DNA of 62,625 nt, taken from the IMG/VR virus record IMGVR_UViG_3300035490_000346, positions 1-62,625 of that record. One strand, written 5' to 3'. Below are positions 29,001 to 37,767 of this stretch, piece after piece. Every line of letters begins with the position of its first letter. The first letter of the stretch is position 1. Made by a program: the position numbers and the translations under genes. This DNA is from a virus. Taxonomy: Duplodnaviria; Caudoviricetes. The notes beneath the pieces are model-generated. The model was not told the origin of the DNA. It did not search any database and saw nothing but the letters and a program-made list of their open reading frames with translations.

Positions 29001-29669
29001 GTGGGCTACTCCAGCACTACCACCTCGGCCCAGGCCAGCGCCAACGCCGTGTCCCTCAAGAACGCCAGGATGCTGGCCATCGGCATGCCTGCGGCGGCGA
29101 TACTCCTGACTGACTCCCAGAGCGGCATCCAGCTTGAGTACGCCGTGTCCGGCGAGTTCATGGCAGCCGCCATGGCAGGGCTGAACACCAACCCCGCCAA
29201 CGACGTGGCCACTACCCTGACCAACCAGGACCTCGTCGGGTTCAGCAGGCTGCTCGTGCAGTACGACGACACCACCATGAACCTGATGGCATCGAACGGG
29301 CTCATCTGCCTGACCAACAACAACGGGGCGCTCTACATCCGCCACTACAAGAGCACCGACCCGAGCAACCCCATCACCTCGGAGCCGACCTGCACCACGG
29401 TCACCGACTACGTCTGCCAGCAGTTCAGGGCGGACCTCCAGCAGTTCATCGGCAGGAAGCTGGTGGACGGCCTGACCACGGACATCGCGGTGGTGTGCAA
29501 CGCCAGGCTGGTATCCCTCGTGAACAACGAGATAATCACCGGCTACAAGGACCTCACCGTAATCCCGGACCCGACAGACCCGACCACGGTGGACGTCACT
29601 GTCACGTTCAAGCCGATGTTCAGCCTGCTCTACATCTCGGTCACCTTCACCGTGACCACGACCCTGTAA
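26076..29669 (+). CDS. Tail sheath protein with large inserted beta-domains
   Basis: YAPPGVYT N-terminus; C-terminal D..DPTTVDV.V.FKP.F.LLYI.VTF. Confidence 0.9.
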   Translation: MALFGSYAPPGVYTSVVISGAGIPLFGNARIPVIIGEGQEFFEQDNVEIFRGSSAIAQPLVVNENISDQITEITNEAHTTYFPVVVGGNAGGTGPGTSAITDNPAYLQVTDNGIPLTVISLKGQTGAFYTQELMVPGDNVEITYYFLRTDTPITNENESDQVPSYAAWQVYDTNGNYVPVSVSLPGSTGSNVTVNVFDDTLSSPAGTGVLDTQAIGGAGTDAITFDIAKVGGGKRTLADFYALLQMNIPTLDAGTLVALAPVLAGSPPVLSDMYPALYQLQGGFGPSTNTVFKVEHVPIVDGSGGGVVTTDPTKVTATVNGSTTVNPVGAVDGLHGLVTLTHPVESGSTLTLSYYTNTYQNTYDIIPANNVSSVIQVGLGPNRTDFIEDTDYTLGTDGNGNDTINWGASSATTVGTSTTGYTPFGPTQILTTVVDERVFLRLCTGASSGSNLVFTLPDNPTDGTGQGNGPGTVTDDPTKIQVYVGVNPVEALENYLPGESERVIALSGSTRHFTLYKPPLLGQNVYASYWRSTLNDHSYTVKVSNPGISGQGTYTINDEVGRVLPVVSFNAGASSVHQSGEFAQQGIIWPYNFPDLYDSPGEVDETVTLTFQDDGYTRDVDPGAQSYLTTQGILFFCTTPGVGGNAISVAFNTTGTYGITKVGNAITFNGVTTTNQVITLAGSGITTTFGTVLAQLVTVGTISTAAAVHLDGGVDPADPQPYSLRYLVTSSSPDGSSGEGYLDQTYIDENTGLKFTIVSPQDAVPDYGWQSVPVPYTFEPGDYLVFQVSSEQVRYSGSTYFPYSDAQPNNLVCIAGLNTTVVTTFGANTGDTAIIQTFNNSGNQPAIGEYYYVSFQTEKTPADMAITLYDSASKAYSAYGQPTTVNRLSLGVQLMTENGAQQFGCIQVPKQPGLGTATDASFIAAIQTLATALPGTTQKANVIVPLSTSTSVHQFLSRFLITQANVRNKGEAIGFVGYSSTTTSAQASANAVSLKNARMLAIGMPAAAILLTDSQSGIQLEYAVSGEFMAAAMAGLNTNPANDVATTLTNQDLVGFSRLLVQYDDTTMNLMASNGLICLTNNNGALYIRHYKSTDPSNPITSEPTCTTVTDYVCQQFRADLQQFIGRKLVDGLTTDIAVVCNARLVSLVNNEIITGYKDLTVIPDPTDPTTVDVTVTFKPMFSLLYISVTFTVTTTL

Positions 29670-29727
29670 GGGAAGGACATGGGGGGAGGGGGCAGCACCC
29701 TTCCCCCCATAGCGACAAGGCGGCAGA

Positions 29728-30225
29728 ATGCAGATAAACCCGGTCGTAACCCAGGCAAACGGCGTCATCAGCGTCCGCCTCCAGGCCTTGTTCATCGGCG
29801 ACACCACGGACCTGTCGGACAAGGCCCTGATTGCGGCATACGGGGACCCGCAGGTATCCCTGGTGGGGAACGGCACCTTCACGGGCCCGGTCCCGGAGGC
29901 CAGCCCCCCGGCCACCTTCAGCTTTACCTTCCCTACCAGCGAGTTCTACGTTGGGATTACGACCAAGATGTCATCGAACACCGTGAGGTTCATGACATCG
30001 CTCCCGTCCACCCCGGCCCCGGTGGGCAGCCCGGTACACTCCTATACGCCGTGGTGCAACCCCAACTCCCCTGCTGGCATGCAGGGGCCCCTGGACTGCA
30101 TCACCATCTATCCGGCGGCCGCACTGGACATCTGGTACTCGGCGATGCTCAACGAGATTACCGCGGCCCTGACGGCGCTCAGGAACCAGCCGCTTCCAGG
30201 ACCATTGACGCCAGTGGACATTTAG
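29728..30225 (+). CDS. Probable virion protein
   Basis: Follows sheath; T/P/G-rich. Confidence 0.6.
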   Translation: MQINPVVTQANGVISVRLQALFIGDTTDLSDKALIAAYGDPQVSLVGNGTFTGPVPEASPPATFSFTFPTSEFYVGITTKMSSNTVRFMTSLPSTPAPVGSPVHSYTPWCNPNSPAGMQGPLDCITIYPAAALDIWYSAMLNEITAALTALRNQPLPGPLTPVDI

Positions 30226-30235
30226 AGGAGCCAAG

Positions 30236-31732
30236 ATGAAGTCGAACCTGATAGCCCGCCGCAAGAAGGCAGCCCTGGCATCCGCAGGGGCCGACCCCTG
30301 GGTCACCGACCGGGACGGGACGGAGGCCAAGCCCCCGGAGACCGCAGAGGTCCCCCGTCTGGCAGCCAAGTCCAAGACTGCCCAGCCCGTGCCGGGCGCA
30401 GCGGGTGCTCCTCCGGCCGTGCCGCCAGCGGCCCCTCCTGCCCCTGCCGCCCCCCCTGCCCAGCGCAGCAGCGGGATGGTTGACCTGACCCAGATATCCA
30501 GCGAGGGGCTTGCCAAGATGATAAAGGCCCTTGCTGCCGTCAACGACCTGCTGAACGATAAGGCCCTGCTGGCAGTCATCCAGGCGGCCACGGCGCTCCT
30601 CAAGGGGCGTCCCGCCGAGCCCGAGGCACCCGCCACCGCGCCTGCCGCCGCCGCCCCCAGGGCGGCATCGGGCAAGAAGGCCTGGAGTGGCGAGGACATG
30701 GAGATGGCCGACCTCAACGTGCCCTCCTGCAACCAGTGCGAGATGCTTGCTATCAACGGCGTCAACTGCCATGAGACCGGCTGCCCGAACGAGGGCAAGA
30801 CCTGGTCCCCGGAGCGCCAGGAGTGGGTACGCTACAACCCTTGCCCCGAGTGCGGCAGCGATGTCGAGGAAGGACAGGCGTGCGACTGCCGCAGCGGCAA
30901 CGATATGGCACCTAACATGGAGCGCTTCTGCCTCGGGGGGCTGAACATCGCCTCCTTCGAGAAGGAGGCGGTGACCCCCCCGGACATCAGCGAGAAGACG
31001 ATGCACGAGCTTAAGGACGACCCCAGCATCGACGAGCCCTATGCCGTTGCCTGGAGCATCCACAACAAGAAGAAGGAGGGGAGCGCCTTCGAGGTAGTCG
31101 CCGTCCGCAAGGACGCGGCCGCCGAGGGGAGCTGGTGGATTAACGTCCACGAGCAGACCGGGGACATCGAGGAGTCCGGGGGAAGGACCCCGGAGGTCGA
31201 GGAGGCCCACGGCAAGGTGGACGAGAAGCCTGCCAAGCTGGACCGCCCCGAGACCACCCTCCCGGAGAAGCTCGGTGCCGAGTCTACCTGCATCGGGCGC
31301 GACTGCGGCAAGCAGTTCGACAAGTCCAAGCCTGAGTCGCGGGACACGAAGACACTGCGTAGCTTCTGGCAGAAGTACTGCCCGACATGCCGGACCAAGG
31401 GGAATGCTGGCGGTTCACCAGTCGAGGAAAAGAAAGCAGCCTCGGACCCCATGAAGGCCAGCACGGCGCTCAAGAAGGTGGAGACCCTGGCCGACCGCCT
31501 CAAGGAGATGTACCTGGACGCCAAGGCGGTATGCGATGCCAACGACTCCCGGCCTGTCCGGGAGGCGGTAGAGGCGATATACCGGGCGTACGGCCTGCTC
31601 GGAAACGCCGCCAAGGTCCTGGGAAAGCAGGACATGCAGGAGAAGGCCGAGGCCGATGCCGTCGAGGCGAAGGGCAAGGCGAAGAAGAAGGGAGGCCTGC
31701 TGGACAGCCTGGTGCTGGCCGGGGCCGAGTAG
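30236..31732 (+). CDS. Mosaic probable internal head protein
   Basis: Zn fingers and low-complexity linkers separated by KxA; VTDRD and KTAQPVP motifs. Confidence 0.7.
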   Translation: MKSNLIARRKKAALASAGADPWVTDRDGTEAKPPETAEVPRLAAKSKTAQPVPGAAGAPPAVPPAAPPAPAAPPAQRSSGMVDLTQISSEGLAKMIKALAAVNDLLNDKALLAVIQAATALLKGRPAEPEAPATAPAAAAPRAASGKKAWSGEDMEMADLNVPSCNQCEMLAINGVNCHETGCPNEGKTWSPERQEWVRYNPCPECGSDVEEGQACDCRSGNDMAPNMERFCLGGLNIASFEKEAVTPPDISEKTMHELKDDPSIDEPYAVAWSIHNKKKEGSAFEVVAVRKDAAAEGSWWINVHEQTGDIEESGGRTPEVEEAHGKVDEKPAKLDRPETTLPEKLGAESTCIGRDCGKQFDKSKPESRDTKTLRSFWQKYCPTCRTKGNAGGSPVEEKKAASDPMKASTALKKVETLADRLKEMYLDAKAVCDANDSRPVREAVEAIYRAYGLLGNAAKVLGKQDMQEKAEADAVEAKGKAKKKGGLLDSLVLAGAE

Positions 31733-31749
31733 GCAACCGCGAGCAAAAG

Positions 31750-31775
31750 GACTTCCGGGGCTTTGATTAGACAGG
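31750..31775 (+). promoter_or_regulatory. Class L promoter motif
   Basis: GACTT-N7-TTTGATTAGACAGG; a similar motif at 26011 precedes the sheath. Confidence 0.55.
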
Positions 31776-31785
31776 AGAGGGAAAC

Positions 31786-32478
31786 ATGGCACAGGGTGGT
31801 TACATCTACGAGCAGGGGGCGAGCCCCCAGACAGAGTCCGTCATCTCGTCCCGCTTCAAGATTTTCACCGACATCGTCGGCGTCGGCAAGTTCGTGAAGC
31901 TCGGGGTGACGTCCCAGTTCAACATCTCCGAGACCAGGACGGTCGAGGCGGTGCGCGGGCTCGGGTACGGCGACCAGGTTGCCGAGCTGGTGCCCGGCGT
32001 CACCGAGCCGCTGAGCATCACCATCCAGCGCACATGCCTCTACCTCGCCAACATCATGCAGGTCCTCGGCTACAAGGCCGGGGTCTCGGGCGGCGTCCGC
32101 TCCATCCGTCACCACAGGTGGCCGTTCGACATCAAGACCGAGATTGTCTTCAGCCAGTTGGCCTCCACCGACCCCAGCAACGCGGCCGGCGTGGGCGGCG
32201 GAACGCCCGACCTGACAAAGGCGGACATCCCCAACGAGGGCGGGTTCAACAACCTCGGCAACCCTGGCCTCTACGCGGTGGCCACAATCTACGAGGGCTG
32301 CTGGATTAGCAACTACACCACGGGGTACGTCATCGAGACGGCGGCGGTCAACGAGAACGTGACCATCTCCGTCACCGACATCTTCGACTGCTCCGGCACG
32401 GTGTACGGCGAGTTCCTCGACTCGGGCCTCGGGCCGGGCGATGCCACTGGCCAGAGCTTGCTCTACACCATATCCTAA
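31786..32478 (+). CDS. Tail tube protein
   Basis: G...FNISE.R.V..VRGLG...ELVPG, IYEGCW, V.ENVTI; near sheath. Confidence 0.8.
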   Translation: MAQGGYIYEQGASPQTESVISSRFKIFTDIVGVGKFVKLGVTSQFNISETRTVEAVRGLGYGDQVAELVPGVTEPLSITIQRTCLYLANIMQVLGYKAGVSGGVRSIRHHRWPFDIKTEIVFSQLASTDPSNAAGVGGGTPDLTKADIPNEGGFNNLGNPGLYAVATIYEGCWISNYTTGYVIETAAVNENVTISVTDIFDCSGTVYGEFLDSGLGPGDATGQSLLYTIS

Positions 32479-32527
32479 AATCAGTATTAAGCCCCAGTGC
32501 TTGAGCCCTTTGCGGAGGTATGTACGG

Positions 32528-32797
32528 ATGCCAGGGAAGGTAACCCGCGAGCAGGCCTGGGTGAACGTGTCCCCGTCCCGTAAGTGCTGGAGGCTGGTCT
32601 ACAACACCAGGAGCAGGAGGGTCTTCATCCTCTTCGAGAAGGAGGGCTTGACCAAGACGTTCCAGGCCATGTTCTGCTCCGACCCCACCGACGGCGGCCC
32701 CGGTTCCGTCACCAGCAGGGAGGGCAGGGAGCAGTGCCTAGGGCGTGCCAAGGCCCTGGGGCTGGAGTTCCGCATCGCCCATAATCCTGCCGCCTGA
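32528..32797 (+). CDS. Hypothetical protein
   Basis: GGAGGT RBS. Confidence 0.6.
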   Translation: MPGKVTREQAWVNVSPSRKCWRLVYNTRSRRVFILFEKEGLTKTFQAMFCSDPTDGGPGSVTSREGREQCLGRAKALGLEFRIAHNPAA

Positions 32798-32829
32798 TGT
32801 GTATCCTGATGTATACTATACCTGGGAGG
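32782..32829 (+). promoter_or_regulatory. Class E promoter + RBS
   Basis: TAATCCT-N10-GTGTATCCTGATGTATACT. Confidence 0.85.
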
Positions 32830-32839
32830 ATACACCCGC

Positions 32840-33910
32840 ATGGCAAAGACCCTCACGATAGGCAAGGCACCCCGCCTCGCAATCTCCAACGTCAATTCGC
32901 ACCGTGGCATGGAGGGGTCTACCCTGGACGCCGACCTCTACCTGGACGGCAAGAAGGTCGGGTATTGCCTCGATGACGGCAACGGCGGCGGGATGCGCTT
33001 CGAGTGGAGAATCTATGACCCCAAGCCGGAGCTGGGCAGGACGTACAACCCCGCAACGGCACCGGGAGAGGCCGCACAGAAGGCGCGGGAGCGCCGGGAC
33101 GAGGTGGAGCAGTACATCGCCAGCCTCAGCCTCCCCCCGGAAGTCGTGACCGGTGTCGGCCCCGACACGTTCGAGATGAAGCAGGACCTTGAGCACCTCG
33201 TCAACGAGGCGGCAGACAGGTGGGCGACGGAGAAGGCACAGCGGGCGCAGTTCGCCCGCCTCCACGGCAAGAACGTCATCTACCGGACCCCGGGGATGAG
33301 GGACGGCAGCTTCCTTACCATACCCCTAAAGAACCATGCGGGCTACGTTTCCGGCCGTGCCCAGGTGGCGGCGTTCGTGATGCACAAGCACCCTGACGCC
33401 ATCCTTGTCGAGACCTTCGAGCAGTTTGCAGTAACAGGCGTAGGGAGGACGAATGGCATACCTGGCAATCAACGGCCCCGAGGAGTGCAGCTCGATAGAG
33501 TGGCACTCTACCCTCGGCGAACTCAAGAACCGCCTGGAGGACACCACCCGGCCCTTCTCATGGAACGACCTGGAAAGGCTGACCAGGGACCGCCGGGCAC
33601 TGGACAGGCTGGCAGACGTCATGCTCGATGCCGCAGTGAGCGAGCTGGTGAGGCAGAAGCAGCAGAGCGAGAGGTAGGAGGCACAAAAAAGATGAACCAA
33701 GCCACGAAGCGGCTGCTGTTCATGGGCGTAAAGCAGGCGGGGACGTACGACCCTGACGAGGCCCTAATCTGCATCGAGGAATCCCTTACAGGCAAGGAGG
33801 CCAAGGAGGCCCGTGCCTTCCTGGGATGGGTGCATAGCACGGGCAAGCAGTTCGGGTACGACACCATCGACGACCGCATCCAGGAATGGAAGGCCAGCCG
33901 GGCTACCTAA
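32840..33910 (+). CDS. Hypothetical early protein; credible coding region ends near 33440, but the ORF stays open into the 33692 gene
   Basis: LYLDGKKVG...DDGNGG motif; own promoter. Confidence 0.65.
   Translation: MAKTLTIGKAPRLAISNVNSHRGMEGSTLDADLYLDGKKVGYCLDDGNGGGMRFEWRIYDPKPELGRTYNPATAPGEAAQKARERRDEVEQYIASLSLPPEVVTGVGPDTFEMKQDLEHLVNEAADRWATEKAQRAQFARLHGKNVIYRTPGMRDGSFLTIPLKNHAGYVSGRAQVAAFVMHKHPDAILVETFEQFAVTGVGRTNGIPGNQRPRGVQLDRVALYPRRTQEPPGGHHPALLMERPGKADQGPPGTGQAGRRHARCRSERAGEAEAAEREVGGTKKMNQATKRLLFMGVKQAGTYDPDEALICIEESLTGKEAKEARAFLGWVHSTGKQFGYDTIDDRIQEWKASRAT
33453..33677 (+). CDS. Hypothetical protein
   Basis: GGAGG RBS. Confidence 0.65.
   Translation: MAYLAINGPEECSSIEWHSTLGELKNRLEDTTRPFSWNDLERLTRDRRALDRLADVMLDAAVSELVRQKQQSER
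33692..33910 (+). CDS. Hypothetical protein
   Basis: AGGAGG RBS. Confidence 0.65.
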   Translation: MNQATKRLLFMGVKQAGTYDPDEALICIEESLTGKEAKEARAFLGWVHSTGKQFGYDTIDDRIQEWKASRAT

Positions 33911-34025
33911 ACCACGGGAAGTGCGGGGCGGGGTACCGCTCCATGCGGTATATCACCGCCTGCCCTGCCGCCCATACCACGACCGCAAGCATCAGCATCC
34001 ACCACCGCCTTATAAAGCGTCCCAT
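33903..34025 (-). CDS. 40-aa single-TM peptide (MGRFIRRWWMLMLAVVVWAAGQAVIYR...)
   Basis: Hand-translated; AGGAGG RBS. Confidence 0.55.
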   Translation of the reverse strand: MGRFIRRWWMLMLAVVVWAAGQAVIYRMERYPAPHFPWFR

Positions 34026-34094
34026 CTCCCCTCCTGTCCCTACCCCCTAGAATACCCGAAAAACCGCTATGCGCTGCTTTAGTTGAGGAGAACC

Positions 34095-37000
34095 ATGCCG
34101 CACTCGCCCCTGCTGGTACCCAAGGAAGGCACCCTGCTCCCCACCCCAGGAGGCGGGGTAGGGGGGTTCGACAAGTCCGAGCTTTACGACGACCCCGCCT
34201 TCGCCACGAGGCAGCACCATGCCAAGCCGGGGAGCGATGACGAGTACAACATGCCGTTCGGGGAGAAGGGCTCGGAGCCCGAGGGCACCAAGCACGGTGC
34301 TCTCCTGCCGACGTGCCGCGACCACGGCACCGTCTCCCCCGCAAGGAGGAACCGGGACACGGTCTGCCCCGAGTGCGGCCAGGGGGTCACTTTCCTGAGC
34401 GACCTGCTCCACTCCCACGGGACGCGGGTGAAGGTCATGATTACCAGGGCCGACGAGGCCAGGCTGAGGGGCATGGGGTACGGCCAGGAGCAGATAGACA
34501 GGATGACGCCGGAGCAGGCAGAGGGCATCCTCGGGGGCGGCCGGAAGCACGGGGCCATTGACGCCTGCCCCCAGTGCCAGTGCCCCAAGGACCTCCACAG
34601 GCTCGGGGGGTGCATAGGGTTCGACAGGGAGGGCAAGCCCTGCAAGTGCCAGGAAAGGTACAGTGTTAGCCGGGAGGTATCCCCCGAGGACGAGAGGCAG
34701 CACAGGATACAGAGGGCATGGAACGGCCCGGCCCGCCGTGCCTCCCGCAAGTGCGAGTGCCACGGCTTCACGGAGAGCGAGGGGGACAAGTCCGTATGCA
34801 CGTGCGGGCACCAGTGGCACGAGCACTGGCACAAGGGGGGCTTCGGGTGCAAGTTCGAGAAGGCATCCGCCCTCAGCAAGGCTGCCTTCCCCTCCGAGCC
34901 CGCCTTCCGGGCGGCCCAGATACTCGCCCAGTTCGGCAGGATAGCGGAGGCCGACGTCAGGAGGGTAGCCAAGGAGATAGACGACCTGGTTACCCATATG
35001 CCTATCTTCCCCCTGTCCAGGGGGGGACAGCCCAAGAAGGCAGTGTCCGAGACCCCCGTCAAGGTAATGGAGGACCTGGAGGACACCCCTCCCCTGCTCC
35101 GGTCCTCGGCCAGGGCGGCCTACACGGACGCCCAGAGGTTCAGGGAGGAGCTTAAGGAGGACGCGCCAGGCCTCGATGCCTACCTCTACCAGTCCGAGGT
35201 CTACTGCCCCGCCTGCGGCCAGGACGTCATCGACGAGCTGGTGGACAGGCACCTCATCCTGCCCCCTCCCCCCGGCACCGACTCCTCCTGGACCACGGAC
35301 TCCGAGCATGTCCCCCAGCCCCTCTTCTTCACGGAGACGGACGAGTCCTGCGCGAGGTGCGGGGAGGAAATCGGGAAGAGCAGCGGGCCTGCGGGCATGT
35401 TCACCAGGGAGGACAGGGGGCTCCTGGGGGAGATGGGCATATCCGCCTCCCTCATCGGCCTGACCCAGAGGGTGAAGCCCAACAACCCCCTCCTCGTGCC
35501 CAAGGAGCCCGACCCGGAGACGGCCACGTTCCTCAAGGAGGGCAGCGATATACCCGAGGACACGATGGAGGCCGCGATTCAGCTATCCACGGGCGGGATG
35601 CCCGCATATGTCTTCTTCTCTCCCGAGATAGCCAGGGGGAACCCCTCCCTGCCCGGCGCCGGGTGGTCGGTGGGTACGAGCATGGAGGCCATGTCCCCAG
35701 GCGGGAGCCTTGTCACGATGATAAGGCCGAGCCATCCAGCAATGGGCAGGGCTGCCGGGGGCAGGCCCCGCTGCCCGCACTGCGGCTCCGACGACTACGG
35801 CCTGATGCCTGCCGACTTCGAGACCGCCAAGTGCAACGGGTGCGGGAAGAACTGGAACCATGGCATTGTCAAGGGGATAAACGCTAGCACCAAGTCCTAC
35901 GGGGCGGGCACCCCCCTTGGCGGGACCGCCAACGGGGTAGGGCAGCCTGCGCCCGGCGAGGACCCCACGCATCCGGCAGGGTTCCAGCAGCCCACGCCTA
36001 CCCCGGTCACCCCCCCGCCTGCCGGGCAGCCCTCCGGGCCCAGTGCCGGGACGCCCGCACAGCCCGACCCTGGGGTGGTAACGCAGAACATGACCTTGCA
36101 GAACCGGATGGTCCAGGGGATAATCAACCAGCAGGACCAGGGCAACCGGCCCCCGCCCTCCTCCTCCATCCCCCAGTCGGCGGTCAACGAGGTTACCCAG
36201 CAGAGCCCCCAGGCGGACAGGAAGCTGGTGGAGCAGGTGGCGGAGAGCCTCCAGGGCAAGGCAGGGGCCCTCATCGTCCCCGATATCGACCCGCACGACT
36301 CGCCGGAGTTCCTCCCCCCCAAGCAGCGCAAGCACCTGGACGATGCCCTTATCGACGAGACCGGCAACCCCCCCATCCCCCTGCACAAGGGCGCAGGGAC
36401 GGCAGAGGACGAGCCCGAGGAGGACGTGACCGACCTCGGCACCGTGTACGGCAGGCCGCTGAGGAGAAGCTCTCCCCCTCCTCCCAGGAGGCCGGAGGAG
36501 AGGACGTTCATCAACCAGCCTGCCGTCCAGTACCCCACGGAGTACCCCGAGGGATGGATGGAGGCCTGTTACGAGTGCGGGCAGTTCATCCCGGACATAG
36601 ACAGCGACAACCAGTTCTTCGACTCCCCTGACTTTGCCCGCAGCGCCCTCATCGACCACTATGCCATAGACCACCCGGACTCCCGCCCGCCCAAGTACCT
36701 GGACGAGACCGACGAGCCGCCCCCCGGCGCAGCCCAGGAGCCGACTGCTAATGAAGGCCAGGAGCCTAGCCTGGAGCTTACAGGCAAGGACAGGGAAGAG
36801 CTTAAGGCCATGGGCATCCAGGCAAGGAGGAAGACGGCGGAGGACGCCGCCTCCTGGTGGGCCAGCACTCCCCCCGATGCCAGGCGCAGCATGGCGGGCA
36901 GGCTGGGGATAGAGAGGTACTGGACCCACTTCAGGTGGACCTCCCTGCCCCCCGGCGTGCAGGACATGGTGAGGATACGCATCCAGGAGCCGACCCTGGA

Positions 37001-37724
37001 GCTTACGGACGAGGACAGGAAGGGCCTGGGGGAGATGGGGATACAGGCAGCCAGGACAGGCTGGGACCCACTGCTGGCAAACAAGCTCTACGAGGAGGGC
37101 AAGGACGCCTTCGAGCACGGCAAGCCTGACGAGGCGGCGGGCCTCCTGAAGAAGTCCCTGGACAGCAACCCCTACAACGGCCCGGCGCATTTCATGCTGG
37201 GCATCGCCCTGGCGCAGGAGGGGGAGGTAGGGGGGGCGGTGTACGAGCTGGAGCGGGCGCTGAGGATAAAGCCCCAGGAGAACTACGCCTACCACTCGCT
37301 CATCAAGGGCATGGAGAAGGCGGGGCTGCTGGAGAACCTGCCGAAGGAGGTCCAGGACCTCCTGCGCGAGAAGATGGTCTCGAAGGCGGCCGGCAAGAAG
37401 GCTACCTGGTGGAGGTCCTGCGAGACCTGCGGCAAGCCTGCCCTGGAGCTGGAGAAGGGGCAGAACGTCAGGGGGCCGGTATGGTGTAACGAGTGCCGCT
37501 CCAAGGGTGGGCTTCCTCCTGAGGACACGTACTTTGGCCCCAAGGAGGTCAGGACCGCCCCCGAGGGTGAGCGCAGCGATATAAGGAGGATGTTCCCGGA
37601 CGCCCCCGCTCCCGCGCAGTGCCCCAACTGCAAGGGGCAGGATACCGCCCCCGTGGACGACCCCGAGTCCGGCGGGGAAAGCCTATTGGAATGCAGGGGA
37701 TGCGGGGCATTCTTCCCCCGCTAG
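34095..37724 (+). CDS. Large mosaic probable internal head polyprotein (many CxxC fingers, TPR block)
   Basis: Late motif at 34066-34088; GAGGAG RBS; TPR at about 37080-37300; repeated MGI.A and PLLVPKE motifs. Confidence 0.8.
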   Translation: MPHSPLLVPKEGTLLPTPGGGVGGFDKSELYDDPAFATRQHHAKPGSDDEYNMPFGEKGSEPEGTKHGALLPTCRDHGTVSPARRNRDTVCPECGQGVTFLSDLLHSHGTRVKVMITRADEARLRGMGYGQEQIDRMTPEQAEGILGGGRKHGAIDACPQCQCPKDLHRLGGCIGFDREGKPCKCQERYSVSREVSPEDERQHRIQRAWNGPARRASRKCECHGFTESEGDKSVCTCGHQWHEHWHKGGFGCKFEKASALSKAAFPSEPAFRAAQILAQFGRIAEADVRRVAKEIDDLVTHMPIFPLSRGGQPKKAVSETPVKVMEDLEDTPPLLRSSARAAYTDAQRFREELKEDAPGLDAYLYQSEVYCPACGQDVIDELVDRHLILPPPPGTDSSWTTDSEHVPQPLFFTETDESCARCGEEIGKSSGPAGMFTREDRGLLGEMGISASLIGLTQRVKPNNPLLVPKEPDPETATFLKEGSDIPEDTMEAAIQLSTGGMPAYVFFSPEIARGNPSLPGAGWSVGTSMEAMSPGGSLVTMIRPSHPAMGRAAGGRPRCPHCGSDDYGLMPADFETAKCNGCGKNWNHGIVKGINASTKSYGAGTPLGGTANGVGQPAPGEDPTHPAGFQQPTPTPVTPPPAGQPSGPSAGTPAQPDPGVVTQNMTLQNRMVQGIINQQDQGNRPPPSSSIPQSAVNEVTQQSPQADRKLVEQVAESLQGKAGALIVPDIDPHDSPEFLPPKQRKHLDDALIDETGNPPIPLHKGAGTAEDEPEEDVTDLGTVYGRPLRRSSPPPPRRPEERTFINQPAVQYPTEYPEGWMEACYECGQFIPDIDSDNQFFDSPDFARSALIDHYAIDHPDSRPPKYLDETDEPPPGAAQEPTANEGQEPSLELTGKDREELKAMGIQARRKTAEDAASWWASTPPDARRSMAGRLGIERYWTHFRWTSLPPGVQDMVRIRIQEPTLELTDEDRKGLGEMGIQAARTGWDPLLANKLYEEGKDAFEHGKPDEAAGLLKKSLDSNPYNGPAHFMLGIALAQEGEVGGAVYELERALRIKPQENYAYHSLIKGMEKAGLLENLPKEVQDLLREKMVSKAAGKKATWWRSCETCGKPALELEKGQNVRGPVWCNECRSKGGLPPEDTYFGPKEVRTAPEGERSDIRRMFPDAPAPAQCPNCKGQDTAPVDDPESGGESLLECRGCGAFFPR

Positions 37725-37736
37725 AGACACAAATAC

Positions 37737-37760
37737 ATACTAGGGGACACCTTTAGTAGG
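37737..37760 (+). promoter_or_regulatory. Class L promoter motif
   Basis: ATACTA-N9-TTTAGTAGG. Confidence 0.75.
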
Positions 37761-37767
37761 CAGGATA

